A DNA stretch of 64,000 nt from positions 13,664-77,663 of the forward strand of contig JAIPEE010000006.1 in assembly GCA_021737275.1 (NCBI GenBank), in the 5' to 3' direction. The position numbers and the translations under genes are program-made. This document shows, piece after piece, positions 11,164-20,878 of this stretch. How positions within the stretch are numbered: position 1 is the stretch's first letter; each line of letters opens with the position of its first letter. The notes below the pieces were generated by a model that saw only the letters and a list, made by a program, of their open reading frames with translations, did no database searches and was not told the DNA's origin. This stretch comes from Desulfobacterales bacterium. Its GTDB lineage: Bacteria > Desulfobacterota > Desulfobacteria > Desulfobacterales > JAIPEE01.

Positions 11164-11835
11164 ATGATTTTGCTTGAAATGACAGACTACAGACTACCTG
11201 TCAACGCTTATGAGGAGCGCTTTGATGATTTCTGCTTTTCCATTTCCAGGGGAGATATCTGTTCTATTCAGACTGAACTCGTCAGCAGCGCATCATTGTT
11301 TTTAAGGGCAGTTGCCACACTGGTTTATCCTGTTGGCGGAAAATATTTTTATAAAGACCAACAGCTGGATTTCTCAAGCTACAGGAATCTGCTTGATTAC
11401 AAAAAAAGAATTGCATATATCGCACCGGAAGCGGCCATGATCAGCAACAAAACACTACGGGAAAATTTGCTGTTCAGAAGACAGTATTTTGAAAACTCTC
11501 TTTCCATAACGCTTTCCGAACACACGCAGAACCTTTGCCGGCGTTTTAATATTGCTGATAAGCTTGATATGAATCCGGCGGACCTTACCTTGCAGGATGT
11601 CCGTTTTGCCATTGCTATTCGTGAACTTGTCAAATCACCCGAACTTGTTTTACTTGAGCGGCCGGAGGATTATATCGGTCATGCACAGTTTTCAATCTTT
11701 GAAGAAGAGTTGGAAAAAATTATCAGATCGGGCACGCCGATTATTTATCATTCCAGTATACAGGCGTTTGCAGCGAAATATGCCAATAAAAAGTTGTTGA
11801 TTTCCGGAAATAAAATTACGACAGTTAACCAATAA
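11164..11835 (+). CDS. MlaF-like ABC ATP-binding protein with degenerate motifs
   Basis: ABC-fold remnants (TLRENL, AIAIRELVKSPELVLLERP) between mlaE and mlaD-like genes; no intact Walker A. Confidence 0.7.
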   Translation: MILLEMTDYRLPVNAYEERFDDFCFSISRGDICSIQTELVSSASLFLRAVATLVYPVGGKYFYKDQQLDFSSYRNLLDYKKRIAYIAPEAAMISNKTLRENLLFRRQYFENSLSITLSEHTQNLCRRFNIADKLDMNPADLTLQDVRFAIAIRELVKSPELVLLERPEDYIGHAQFSIFEEELEKIIRSGTPIIYHSSIQAFAAKYANKKLLISGNKITTVNQ

Positions 11836-11859
11836 CCTTATGAGACTTTCTGTGGAAAA

Positions 11860-12855
11860 ATGGAATTAAACTTCAGTAAAAAAGAGAAGATTACCGGCAC
11901 ATTTCTGATTATTATTTCAGTACTGCTTTTTACAACCGTTATTATTATTGGCCGGGGGCAATACTGGTTCAGGACATATCTTACTTATTATACGGTGTTC
12001 GACGAGAGTTATAATCTTCAGATCAATGCCGAAGTAAAGTTTCACAATGCGGCGATCGGGAAAGTCAAAAAAATCTCTCTGGTGGGAGATAAGGTCAGGG
12101 TCAAGCTTGCGATCCTTGAGGGTTATGCGACCAGGATTCGAACAGACTCTGTTGCGATTGTTGAAAGTCCGACATTTATTGGATCAGAACATGTTGCTAT
12201 AAAACCAGGCAGCATGGATTCACCCATGATTCAGGAAAATGGTGAAATTCCTTCTCAGGCAAAAAGATCCATTGAAGATCTGCTGACGAAATTTAAGGTT
12301 GAAGAGACGGCAAAAATGGTTTTCCTGGCAATTGAGGATCTGTCTGAAATTTTAAATTTCCTCAGGGATCCTGAAGGCCCGCTTTATTCTTCGCTAAGTC
12401 ATGTCAATCATACCCTGGCTAATTTAGATGAAATTGTTAGTGATGTGGGGGCGGGAAAGGGTACGTTCGGTGAGATATTAAGATCCAGAGCGCTAATTGA
12501 CAAGATTATCTACCGGCTTGATACGACCGGAGAAATTTTGACTAATATAGAAGACGCATCAGAAAATGCACCCCAAACCATGGAAAATATTAACCGGTTA
12601 GTTATTAGTATAAACGACGGTATGTCTGAAATCGAAGAGGCTGTCAGGGCGCTTAAGGTTGTTTTTTTTAATATGGAAACCGGTAGTTATGAAATTCCGG
12701 AAGTTGCAAGAACAGCCCGAGAGAGTATTCGGGAGGTCAGGGATAGTGTTGAAGAGGTGGACAGGGTTGTTAAATCGCTTCAGAAAAATATTCTGATCCG
12801 AGGCAATCTTCCGCCAAAACCCGAGGTTGAAAGTATTGAAGCCGATATAAGATGA
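11860..12855 (+). CDS. MlaD/MCE-domain protein
   Basis: N-terminal TM, MCE pattern (VKFHNAAIGKVKKI..FIGSEHVAIKPG), helical tail. Confidence 0.85.
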   Translation: MELNFSKKEKITGTFLIIISVLLFTTVIIIGRGQYWFRTYLTYYTVFDESYNLQINAEVKFHNAAIGKVKKISLVGDKVRVKLAILEGYATRIRTDSVAIVESPTFIGSEHVAIKPGSMDSPMIQENGEIPSQAKRSIEDLLTKFKVEETAKMVFLAIEDLSEILNFLRDPEGPLYSSLSHVNHTLANLDEIVSDVGAGKGTFGEILRSRALIDKIIYRLDTTGEILTNIEDASENAPQTMENINRLVISINDGMSEIEEAVRALKVVFFNMETGSYEIPEVARTARESIREVRDSVEEVDRVVKSLQKNILIRGNLPPKPEVESIEADIR

Positions 12856-12879
12856 TTTTAATTATATGATTTTGAAATA

Positions 12880-12920
12880 GGGCATGAGGTGGCAACAGGT
12901 CGCCCATGCCCATAATTTTT
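12880..12920 (+). terminator. Hairpin after the mla-like operon
   Basis: GGGCATG...CATGCCC followed by ATAATTTTT. Confidence 0.45.
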
Positions 12921-12932
12921 CAGGCAAACGTT

Positions 12933-14660
12933 ATGTTCGGATGGTGTGGGAAAATACTTAAAATTGATCTTTCTGAAGGCTCATGGAAGATTGTTAAGCC
13001 GCCTCGGGAAATATTTGAGAAATATATTGGCGGGCGTGGACTGGGGGGATACTTTCTAAAAAAGTATATTACCCTTGACTGGAACGACCCGGCTATGCCG
13101 CTGATGTTTTTGACAGGCCCTCTTGTTAATACGATTTCTCCAACATCCGGGCGTATGACCATCATGTCCCGTTCTCCACTTACCGGTACAGTCGGTGATT
13201 GTTCTGTCGGGGGGTCCCTGGGAACTGAACTGAAAAGAGCCGGTTTTGACGGCATAATCGTTACCGGCAAATCACAAAAGCCCTGTGGAATTGAAATTGA
13301 TAACGGTATTATAAAAATTACTTTCTCATCTCATTTAAAAAATATGACGGTCAGCAGGGCTACAAATTTGCTGAAGGGAAAGGGAGCGGTTGCTGTTTCC
13401 GGACCTGCTGCCGCACACGGCGTTCTTTTTTCCAATATAATGATTGATGGCCGTTTCTCTGCCGGGCGAAACGGGCTCGGAATGGTATTTGCTGCTAAAA
13501 ATTTGAAATATTTAACGGTAAAGGGATCCGGAAAAACAGAAGTATTTGATTCCAACACTTTGATACGTGCACGGGAAGATGTAATGCGTCTGATTTCTGC
13601 AAGTCCGGCAATTTCAGGCAGCTTTGGTATTTCCAAATTTGGGACAGGGGCGCTTTATGATTTGTTGGATGCCCGCAGGATGATGCCGACCGATAATTTC
13701 AGAAAAATACAATTTGAATATGCCTCAAAAATGAACGCTCATGCATTTCAGAAGCGATATAATCCAAAAAGCACGGGTTGCAAGGGATGCCATATTCTTT
13801 GTAAAAAAAGGACTTTGGGAGGAACAGATATTCCGGAATTTGAAACGATGTCACATTTCAGTGCACTTCTCGGGAATTACGATCTGGAAACGGTTCTTGA
13901 GGCAAACAGAATATGCAATGATCTGGGTATGGATACTATCTCAGCTGCTGCATCACTTTCCTGTTATGCTGAGCATATCGGAGAGACATTGTCTCCTGAA
14001 AAGATTATTTTGCTATTAAATGAAACAGGCAATGGAAAAGGAATTGGAAAAGATTTAGGAAAGGGCGCTTTTCGATATGCGGCAGATGTCGGCAACCCGG
14101 ACATATCAATAACCGTCAAGGGACAGGCTCTGCCGGCATATGACCCGAGAGGTGCATATGGAATGGCGTTGGCGTATGCAACATCAACAAGAGGCGCATG
14201 CCATCTTCGGGCATACCCCGTCAGTCATGAGATATTGAGAAAGCCGGTTGCCACAGACCGCTTTTCATTTCAGGGGAAAGCGCGCATGGTAAAAATCGGT
14301 GAGGATCTGAACGCGGTTGTGGATTCACTTACAGTGTGCAAGTTTGTTTTTTTCGGGGCATCTATTGAAGAGTATTCACACATATATACTGCTGTTACAG
14401 GGAAGGAAACAACCGGTCACGACCTGCTCAAAGCCGGAGAACGCATTTACTACAACGAACGTATTATGAATTTTGAAAATGGCTTTTCAGCGATTGATGA
14501 TGATTTGCCAATGCGGTTTTTTAAAGATTCCGAAACAGGGATAAGCCCGATCAACAGAGATGATTTCATAGCAGCCCGGAAAAATTACTACCGGGTAAGG
14601 GGCCTGGACAGGGATGGAAAACCGCTTCAGAAAAAAATAGATGAGCTGGGAATTGAATGA
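12933..14660 (+). CDS. aor: Aldehyde ferredoxin oxidoreductase family protein
   Basis: GKILKIDLS, YIGGRGLG, SPLTG, C-x2-C-x3-C, EFET, DLGMDTIS, YDPRG, RGACH. Confidence 0.9.
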   Translation: MFGWCGKILKIDLSEGSWKIVKPPREIFEKYIGGRGLGGYFLKKYITLDWNDPAMPLMFLTGPLVNTISPTSGRMTIMSRSPLTGTVGDCSVGGSLGTELKRAGFDGIIVTGKSQKPCGIEIDNGIIKITFSSHLKNMTVSRATNLLKGKGAVAVSGPAAAHGVLFSNIMIDGRFSAGRNGLGMVFAAKNLKYLTVKGSGKTEVFDSNTLIRAREDVMRLISASPAISGSFGISKFGTGALYDLLDARRMMPTDNFRKIQFEYASKMNAHAFQKRYNPKSTGCKGCHILCKKRTLGGTDIPEFETMSHFSALLGNYDLETVLEANRICNDLGMDTISAAASLSCYAEHIGETLSPEKIILLLNETGNGKGIGKDLGKGAFRYAADVGNPDISITVKGQALPAYDPRGAYGMALAYATSTRGACHLRAYPVSHEILRKPVATDRFSFQGKARMVKIGEDLNAVVDSLTVCKFVFFGASIEEYSHIYTAVTGKETTGHDLLKAGERIYYNERIMNFENGFSAIDDDLPMRFFKDSETGISPINRDDFIAARKNYYRVRGLDRDGKPLQKKIDELGIE

Positions 14661-15829
14661 AAACAATTTTTAATAAATATGAAGAAAAATTCTGGCGAAA
14701 CGGCCTTACAGAAAGAGGTGCGCCGCTGATCGGCTTTCGTGATGCTGAAATCCAGTGGAATAAAAATGATGAGAAACGTGTTGTTCTGGAAACTGTTTTC
14801 GAAGAACTTGATATCAATGCCATTATTTTTTCAAAACCATCTCAACTATATAGCGATATAATCGATTCACTATCTGCTGTTTCAGACGGGTCTATTCGCC
14901 CGGTTGATTGTGAGACAAGAACATTTTTTCATGAACTGCCGGTTATTAAAAGTTTGGATCCGGATGCCATTATAGCATCACTTAAAGCTCGAAAATGTGT
15001 CATTATTCAGGGAACAGGTATTATTGCTTACGGCACGGTCAGTATTGAACAGGCTTTTATAACATTCTCATCAGTCTGTTTTGCATGCTTTGTAAAATTT
15101 TTTCTGGATATACTGATCCATGTAAAAAAATATTTTCATCAGGGTACATTTAAAACTGTATTTGAAAATGTGATTAAGCAGCTTCCGCCATTGCCGATTA
15201 TGGATACAACCCTTAAGACAGGGCCTTTTACAAATGAGGCAGATGTTTTACAGGCAATCAGTGAAGCCGGTAAATTGACCGTTCAAAAACGATTGGTTGA
15301 CTCTTTTTTCGGCAATATTTCATATTTATTCAACGAGAAACTTTATATCAGTCAAACCGGCAGTTCACTGGATGAACTTGACGGGTGTATCGATCCTTGC
15401 CCGATTGACGGTTCATCCTGTGTCGGGATAACTGCATCCAGTGAATATCCGGCACACTTTCAAGTGATTAAACAAACTGAGAACAGAGCCGTTCTTCATG
15501 GACATCCGCTTTTTTCGGTTATACTTTCAATGGACTGCGATAAGCCATGTTGTGAATTTGAAGGGCAGTGTCACCTGAAATGCCCTGATAACCGAAGTGT
15601 TTGCGGTATTCCTATTGTGCCTGGGGAAGTCGGCAGCGGTAAATTTGGTCTGTGGCATACAGTGCCGGATGCTTTAAAACAAAATCCAGGCGTGATCGTC
15701 TATGGACATGGGCTTTTCACAACAGGTAAAGAGGATTTTAATGAGGCATTTCATCATTTGCTGGCAATTGAAAATGCCTGCAGGAAAGAATATTTTAATA
15801 AAATTAAACGGCTATCCATTTCACAATAA
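14657..15829 (+). CDS. Class II aldolase/adducin family protein (two-domain)
   Basis: FGNIS, ISQTGS, ASSEYPAH, VLHGHP, YGHG motifs; ATGA-coupled to AOR gene. Confidence 0.8.
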   Translation: MKTIFNKYEEKFWRNGLTERGAPLIGFRDAEIQWNKNDEKRVVLETVFEELDINAIIFSKPSQLYSDIIDSLSAVSDGSIRPVDCETRTFFHELPVIKSLDPDAIIASLKARKCVIIQGTGIIAYGTVSIEQAFITFSSVCFACFVKFFLDILIHVKKYFHQGTFKTVFENVIKQLPPLPIMDTTLKTGPFTNEADVLQAISEAGKLTVQKRLVDSFFGNISYLFNEKLYISQTGSSLDELDGCIDPCPIDGSSCVGITASSEYPAHFQVIKQTENRAVLHGHPLFSVILSMDCDKPCCEFEGQCHLKCPDNRSVCGIPIVPGEVGSGKFGLWHTVPDALKQNPGVIVYGHGLFTTGKEDFNEAFHHLLAIENACRKEYFNKIKRLSISQ

Positions 15830-15836
15830 CTGAATT

Positions 15837-16520
15837 TTATAGCTGTTTGCCGGCATCCTCACATATTTTTTCAATAAGATCGTACCCTTTTTCTGAATGG
15901 TCCATCATCTCTTTCATACATTCTGCATTAATGCCAATTCGCCCGAGTAATTCCCGTTGTAACAGAACAATTCGTTCCCACTCCTTTTGTGCCCTGAAGA
16001 AGTGGTCAATTTTACTATCAATCTGTTGAAGATGTTTGTAGAGTTCATCGTCGGAAAGGCTACCCCTGTTCTCAAGCAGATACAGTATTTCGTTGTGAAA
16101 TGTTTTGTATATATGGATGGTATTGTCCGGATTGATAAACTGCTTATATTCAACAATCCGTTCGATTTTAAGTTTAAGATCATTAATTGAAAAGGGTTTT
16201 GTAATATAGTCAAAAGCACCCAGTTTCATCGCTTCTACTACAGTTTCAATGGAGGCATAACCGGTCATCATGATGACTTCAGTATTAGGTAGATGTTCCT
16301 TGGTATACTTTAATATTTTCATTCCGCCCTCATTGGAATTTTCAGTGTCCGGCATATTTTTATCGGTAATAATAATATCGTATTGGCGGGTTTTCAGCAA
16401 TTCCAGGGCAGGTTTAACACTTTCAGCAACATCAAGCCGGTAGCCAAATCTGTGAAGCGCATCAGCGACTAATGTACGGGAATTTTTGTCATCGTCAATT
16501 ACCAGTAATGTGGCGTCCAT
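15837..16520 (-). CDS. Response regulator (REC + uncharacterised helical C-terminus)
   Basis: LVIDDD, ITDKNMP, MTGY, YITKPF. Confidence 0.85.
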   Translation of the reverse strand: MDATLLVIDDDKNSRTLVADALHRFGYRLDVAESVKPALELLKTRQYDIIITDKNMPDTENSNEGGMKILKYTKEHLPNTEVIMMTGYASIETVVEAMKLGAFDYITKPFSINDLKLKIERIVEYKQFINPDNTIHIYKTFHNEILYLLENRGSLSDDELYKHLQQIDSKIDHFFRAQKEWERIVLLQRELLGRIGINAECMKEMMDHSEKGYDLIEKICEDAGKQL

Positions 16521-17000
16521 TATGGATCCCTTTCATTGCGGCATAAAGCAGGTGTTTTGAGCCATAAATATTAATTTTATCGAGTTGGCTCCGGATGTTG
16601 AATAGCTACAGAAAAACAATTGATATCATCAATGTAGATATAAATATTTATTTATACACCTTTTGTTTGAATGTTTCAACAATAAGTTGAGGCGGATGAA
16701 AAATGCTTAATTTTAATTAAAATAATTATAAATATAATTTGCTACACCTGTTTATAAAATTTCATTAAAAATCTGGGGTGTGATTACGTTTACGGAAATT
16801 ATCATAATGCTGAGATACCATTATATTTATTCAAAAATTTGTTTTCCGGCAAAACGTAAAGAAATATCCCAATAGTGTAAAGGCTGTTAAGGTTTTAGAA
16901 AATAATTATAACAGTTGTAAACTGGGCATAACGTATTATTTTATAAATTAATTAAATTAACGATTACAATAATTCTGAAAACAACCTTAAGGATTGAAAT

Positions 17001-17198
17001 ATGCATGGATTTAGCGGATATAAGATGGCAAAGTTTTATGGTAACCATAATGATGAGGAAAATTGCAAAAAATGGTTGATTCGCTGTCAAAAAGAGGGGC
17101 TTTTGCCTGACTGTGAGAATTTACATAATGACCATGCACTTGACAGCATGCGCGGCAAACCATGGTTTGAAGAGATTATAAAAACTGCTTGCCCCTAA
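17001..17198 (+). CDS. Small protein resembling a TPR end-of-group domain
   Basis: AAGGA RBS; Y..A....DEE.CKKWL....LP....L..D..LDS.R..PWF pattern. Confidence 0.6.
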   Translation: MHGFSGYKMAKFYGNHNDEENCKKWLIRCQKEGLLPDCENLHNDHALDSMRGKPWFEEIIKTACP

Positions 17199-17511
17199 TA
17201 AAAGAAGAGAACAAAAAAAGATTCGTAAGTGCAACAACGCTTCAAAGTGGAAGGCGGTTACATGGAGTATCAAAGCCGAAATCAGATCTTGCCGTTATGA
17301 TGGTGAATAAACATAGATTGTCTTTAGGCGAAACTGCCCGTTTGGTGTATCGACATCGGCAATTATCCATATGGAGAACAAGTTAATTAATGCAATTAGT
17401 AAACAATGTCCCTGTAAATCTTTCACCCGGTCTTTTCGCTACTAATTGGTCTGGTCTCGCCGGAATTGATTGTTTTTAAATTTTACGCTGTTCGATAGCT
17501 AAGTTTTATTT

Positions 17512-17547
17512 AAAGGGAAGTCATCTGCCGGCGACTTCCCTTTTTTA
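17512..17547 (+). terminator. Rho-independent terminator
   Basis: AAAGGGAAGTC-loop-GACTTCCCTTTTTTT. Confidence 0.7.
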
Positions 17548-17635
17548 AAATTGTATTGCCGGGCTCAGTGTTCTTTAGTACAGTCTCAAAAAAAAATACG
17601 AACGAAAACGATACTCAAAATCAGGACTGATATGT

Positions 17636-20600
17636 ATGTCTGAAAAAGCTACCAGAGACAAATTTAAATTTATAATGGCTGTCTGCCTTCACCTGATCTG
17701 TGTGTCCTGTATTGTGCTGACTCGAACTTATGTTGATTTATTGTTTCTGTCCAACTATCCGGCCTCCTGGCTTCCTTATTTCTTTTTCGGTACAACAGCT
17801 GTAATTATGTTGTCTGCGTTCTGTGTCACGCCGCTTGTCTCTAAAGGCTCAAACAGGGCAAGCTTTGTCATTCTTGTCGGCATGGCTCTGTCGATAGTAC
17901 TTTCCAGGGTCGTGCTAAACTTTAAGATAACAGGGCTTCCTTTTGTTATTTCACTCTGGTTAACAGCGGCCTCGGTTCTTATTGGTGTTATTTCATGGAA
18001 CACGGTGGGTGATGCATTTGACGTTCGCAAGTTTAAAAATCTGGTAAAGTGGATTAACGGTGCCGGATGTGTCGGCGGCTTGCTGATGGGGTTATGCATT
18101 CCGTTTATCATTTCTTTTGCCTCATCCGACATGCTCCTTTATGTGCTCGGTTCTTTAGTAGCCCTGTCATCATTTTGTGTATTAGCTCTGAAGCCGATTC
18201 CGGTTTTGCACAAAAAAATCAAAGAACAGGTTTCCCTCTTCAAATTTCCTTTGTTCAAATGCCTTTTTGCAAGTGTATTAATCCTGATGGTGGTGGATAC
18301 ATTTGCAGATTATACCTTAAAATCCCAGGTAGGGGCTGTTTTTTCCAAAGATGAAATCGGAAAATTCATGGGGCCTTTTTATGGTCTGGCCAGTGTATTG
18401 AGCCTTGTCGTTCAATTTGGGGGAACAGGCCCTCTTCTTAAATATTTTGGAGTAGCTTTTTTGTTGGTTGTTCTTCCGTCATTTTCCATCCTGGCCAGTA
18501 TCGGCATCATTGTCTCCCCCGGGCTTTGGCTGGCGGCAATTTTCAGAATGGGAGAAAACGTCTTCAAGTACAGTCTCGACAATATCGGATGCGAAATTGT
18601 CGCCAACCCTTTACCGGGAAAAATCAGAAGAAAGGGAAAGATTACCTTAAAAGGAGTTGCTGCTCCGCTTGGCACCTGTATTGGCGCTCTGGTCCTCTGG
18701 GGGATAGCCGACCGATTCGGGCTTCGCGGCGTTGCCCTGGTAACCATTGCGGCCTGTGTGATATGGTTACTAACCATCTTTAAAATTAACAAAGCATATC
18801 AGGCAACCTTAAAGGATGCCATAAAATTAAAACGTTTTGGAACTCAAGGCAGTCAAATCACTGAAGCGGATATACTGGCAGCCGGGAAACTGGCTCTGAG
18901 CGCCATTCGGGAAAAAGATCCTGAAACCATCCGGTTCGGCCTGAAGGTGCTTGAAAATCTTTCTACAAAAAGATTACCTGAAGATGCCTTAATGCTTATA
19001 GATTCCGAGAATAAAGATATCAGAGCTGCGGTCGCCATGACCGCAGGGCGCGTAAAGGATAAATATGCGGCCTTATCTCTGGTTAAAAGGCTGGATATGG
19101 AAACCGACAATGAGGTGTTATGGCGGATTCTGGAAGCCTTATCCATTATTGAACCGAATCCGGCAATTTTAAAATCAACCGAACTTCTGAAAAGCAGTGT
19201 ACCCAACATCAGGGCCGGGGCCATACTTGTCCTTCTGGCCGCCGGAGACCTTGATGCCCTGATAGAAGCCGGAACTGCTTTGAGAGAGATGGTATACAGT
19301 CCTGATCCTGACATGAGAGAAGGGGCTGCACGGGCCATTGGCACCTTTAAGGCAGGCAAACTGGAGAAAGAGCTAAAGACCCTGCTTGGGGATACCAGTG
19401 AGAAAGTCTGCATTGCAGCGATTCGGTCTATCAACTTACGAAAAACAATATCTCTGACAGAAGATCTGGTATTAAAACTTGGCTCCGGAAAAGTATCGCA
19501 TTATGCCAGCCGAACACTTACAGGTTTCGGTCTGCCGGCAATAGAAAGCCTCGAAAAAGCCGTTCTCCAGGAAAGGCATTCAAGGTCCCGTGCTGCGATC
19601 CGGACCCTGGCGCTGATCGAGGATCCCGAAGCTGAAAAAGTTCTGTCAACTGCTGCCGGGTCAAATTTTACTACTATTAAAACCTTTCTGGCTGAAGAGT
19701 CTGCTTTGCGGGCCAGACGCCAGTCAGTCAGCCATGAATTTAAAACCCGGGCTCACGATTTTGCCTTGGATGAATTTAAAACCATCCGGATTCTTCTTTC
19801 TGTAAAGAACCATCACTCATTATCCGAATATGCCAAATCTGAAATCCATGCGAGACAACAAATTCATAAAAAGAACTACCTATGCTGGTTTTCCGTTTGT
19901 ACAGCGTCTTCCGACGTTCCGGATATTGCAAAAATACTCTTGTCAGAAACAACCTCTCCGGCTGAATTGTCCCGACAGGCTACAGCCCTTGAACTTTTAG
20001 ACACGCTGGCACCAGACAAGGAATTAAAACAAACGATCAGTATCTTTGAAAACAAACATCTTTCCTCCGCCCAAAATGCACTCGAAAAATTGGAAAAGCT
20101 GGAGGACCCATGGTTAAAGAAAATTATTTTAACCAAAGATGTTGATTTCAATGGAGGACAAATGGACATTACACAAAAAGTAATTCTTTTGAGAAAAACG
20201 ACCCTGTTCAGAAATCTGCCCAGTGAGATTCTTTTAATCATTGCTGAAGAAGTTATGATTAGGGAAATGGTAATGGATGAAAAAATATTTTCCCAGGGAG
20301 ATTCCCCGGATGGGTTATACATTGTTGCTACAGGAACAGTCATCATTCGAAAAGGCGATGTGGTCATTTCCAAACTGGGAGAAGGCGGATTTTTTGGTGA
20401 GATCGGCCTTTTTGACAATTCTCCAAGGATGGCGGATGCCATAGCCGAAACCAATGGCAGCTTATTGGTGATTGATAATGAAACGTTCAACAGTATAACT
20501 CAGGACCTGCCGGAGATACTCAGGGAAGTGGCCAAAACGGTTATCGGTTATTTAAGGCGGCAACGAAATTCAGTAAGGGTCGATCCGTCTATTAATGAAC

Positions 20601-20878
20601 CGGTCAGTTTGTTGGTGGAACAGGCCAGATATCAAATGAAAAATATATCCACAGGGGGGTTCTGTATCCCGTTTAATAAAGAGTTTGAGAGATTAAAAAC
20701 AGGAAAAAGGTATACATGCTCAATCTCCCTGCCTGAACACACCGTTGACACTTTTGTCCGCATACTGGACATTTCAGAAGATGCCTATCATTGTGAGCTG
20801 GTTGATCTCAGTAAAAAAGACCGGGATGAAATCCATTTATACATATTGAATCGACAAAAAGAGGACCTGATGTTATGA
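17636..20878 (+). CDS. Npt1/Npt2-like MFS transporter + HEAT repeats + cNMP-binding + PilZ fusion
   Basis: ~12 TM N-terminus, HEAT-like repeats (DIRAAVA, MREGAARAIG), GFFGEIGLFDNSPRMADA cNMP cassette, RNSVR...NISTGG PilZ motifs. Confidence 0.8.
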   Translation: MSEKATRDKFKFIMAVCLHLICVSCIVLTRTYVDLLFLSNYPASWLPYFFFGTTAVIMLSAFCVTPLVSKGSNRASFVILVGMALSIVLSRVVLNFKITGLPFVISLWLTAASVLIGVISWNTVGDAFDVRKFKNLVKWINGAGCVGGLLMGLCIPFIISFASSDMLLYVLGSLVALSSFCVLALKPIPVLHKKIKEQVSLFKFPLFKCLFASVLILMVVDTFADYTLKSQVGAVFSKDEIGKFMGPFYGLASVLSLVVQFGGTGPLLKYFGVAFLLVVLPSFSILASIGIIVSPGLWLAAIFRMGENVFKYSLDNIGCEIVANPLPGKIRRKGKITLKGVAAPLGTCIGALVLWGIADRFGLRGVALVTIAACVIWLLTIFKINKAYQATLKDAIKLKRFGTQGSQITEADILAAGKLALSAIREKDPETIRFGLKVLENLSTKRLPEDALMLIDSENKDIRAAVAMTAGRVKDKYAALSLVKRLDMETDNEVLWRILEALSIIEPNPAILKSTELLKSSVPNIRAGAILVLLAAGDLDALIEAGTALREMVYSPDPDMREGAARAIGTFKAGKLEKELKTLLGDTSEKVCIAAIRSINLRKTISLTEDLVLKLGSGKVSHYASRTLTGFGLPAIESLEKAVLQERHSRSRAAIRTLALIEDPEAEKVLSTAAGSNFTTIKTFLAEESALRARRQSVSHEFKTRAHDFALDEFKTIRILLSVKNHHSLSEYAKSEIHARQQIHKKNYLCWFSVCTASSDVPDIAKILLSETTSPAELSRQATALELLDTLAPDKELKQTISIFENKHLSSAQNALEKLEKLEDPWLKKIILTKDVDFNGGQMDITQKVILLRKTTLFRNLPSEILLIIAEEVMIREMVMDEKIFSQGDSPDGLYIVATGTVIIRKGDVVISKLGEGGFFGEIGLFDNSPRMADAIAETNGSLLVIDNETFNSITQDLPEILREVAKTVIGYLRRQRNSVRVDPSINEPVSLLVEQARYQMKNISTGGFCIPFNKEFERLKTGKRYTCSISLPEHTVDTFVRILDISEDAYHCELVDLSKKDRDEIHLYILNRQKEDLML

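Noticed and set aside
17445-17470. TGGTCTCGCCGGAATTGA as a degenerate att copy of the tRNA-Arg 3' end
   Set aside because: Match is too short and imperfect to distinguish from chance
17189-17500. 65-aa ORF and possible riboswitch/ncRNA upstream of the terminator at 17512
   Set aside because: No RBS or recognisable motif; c-di-GMP riboswitch core elements not found
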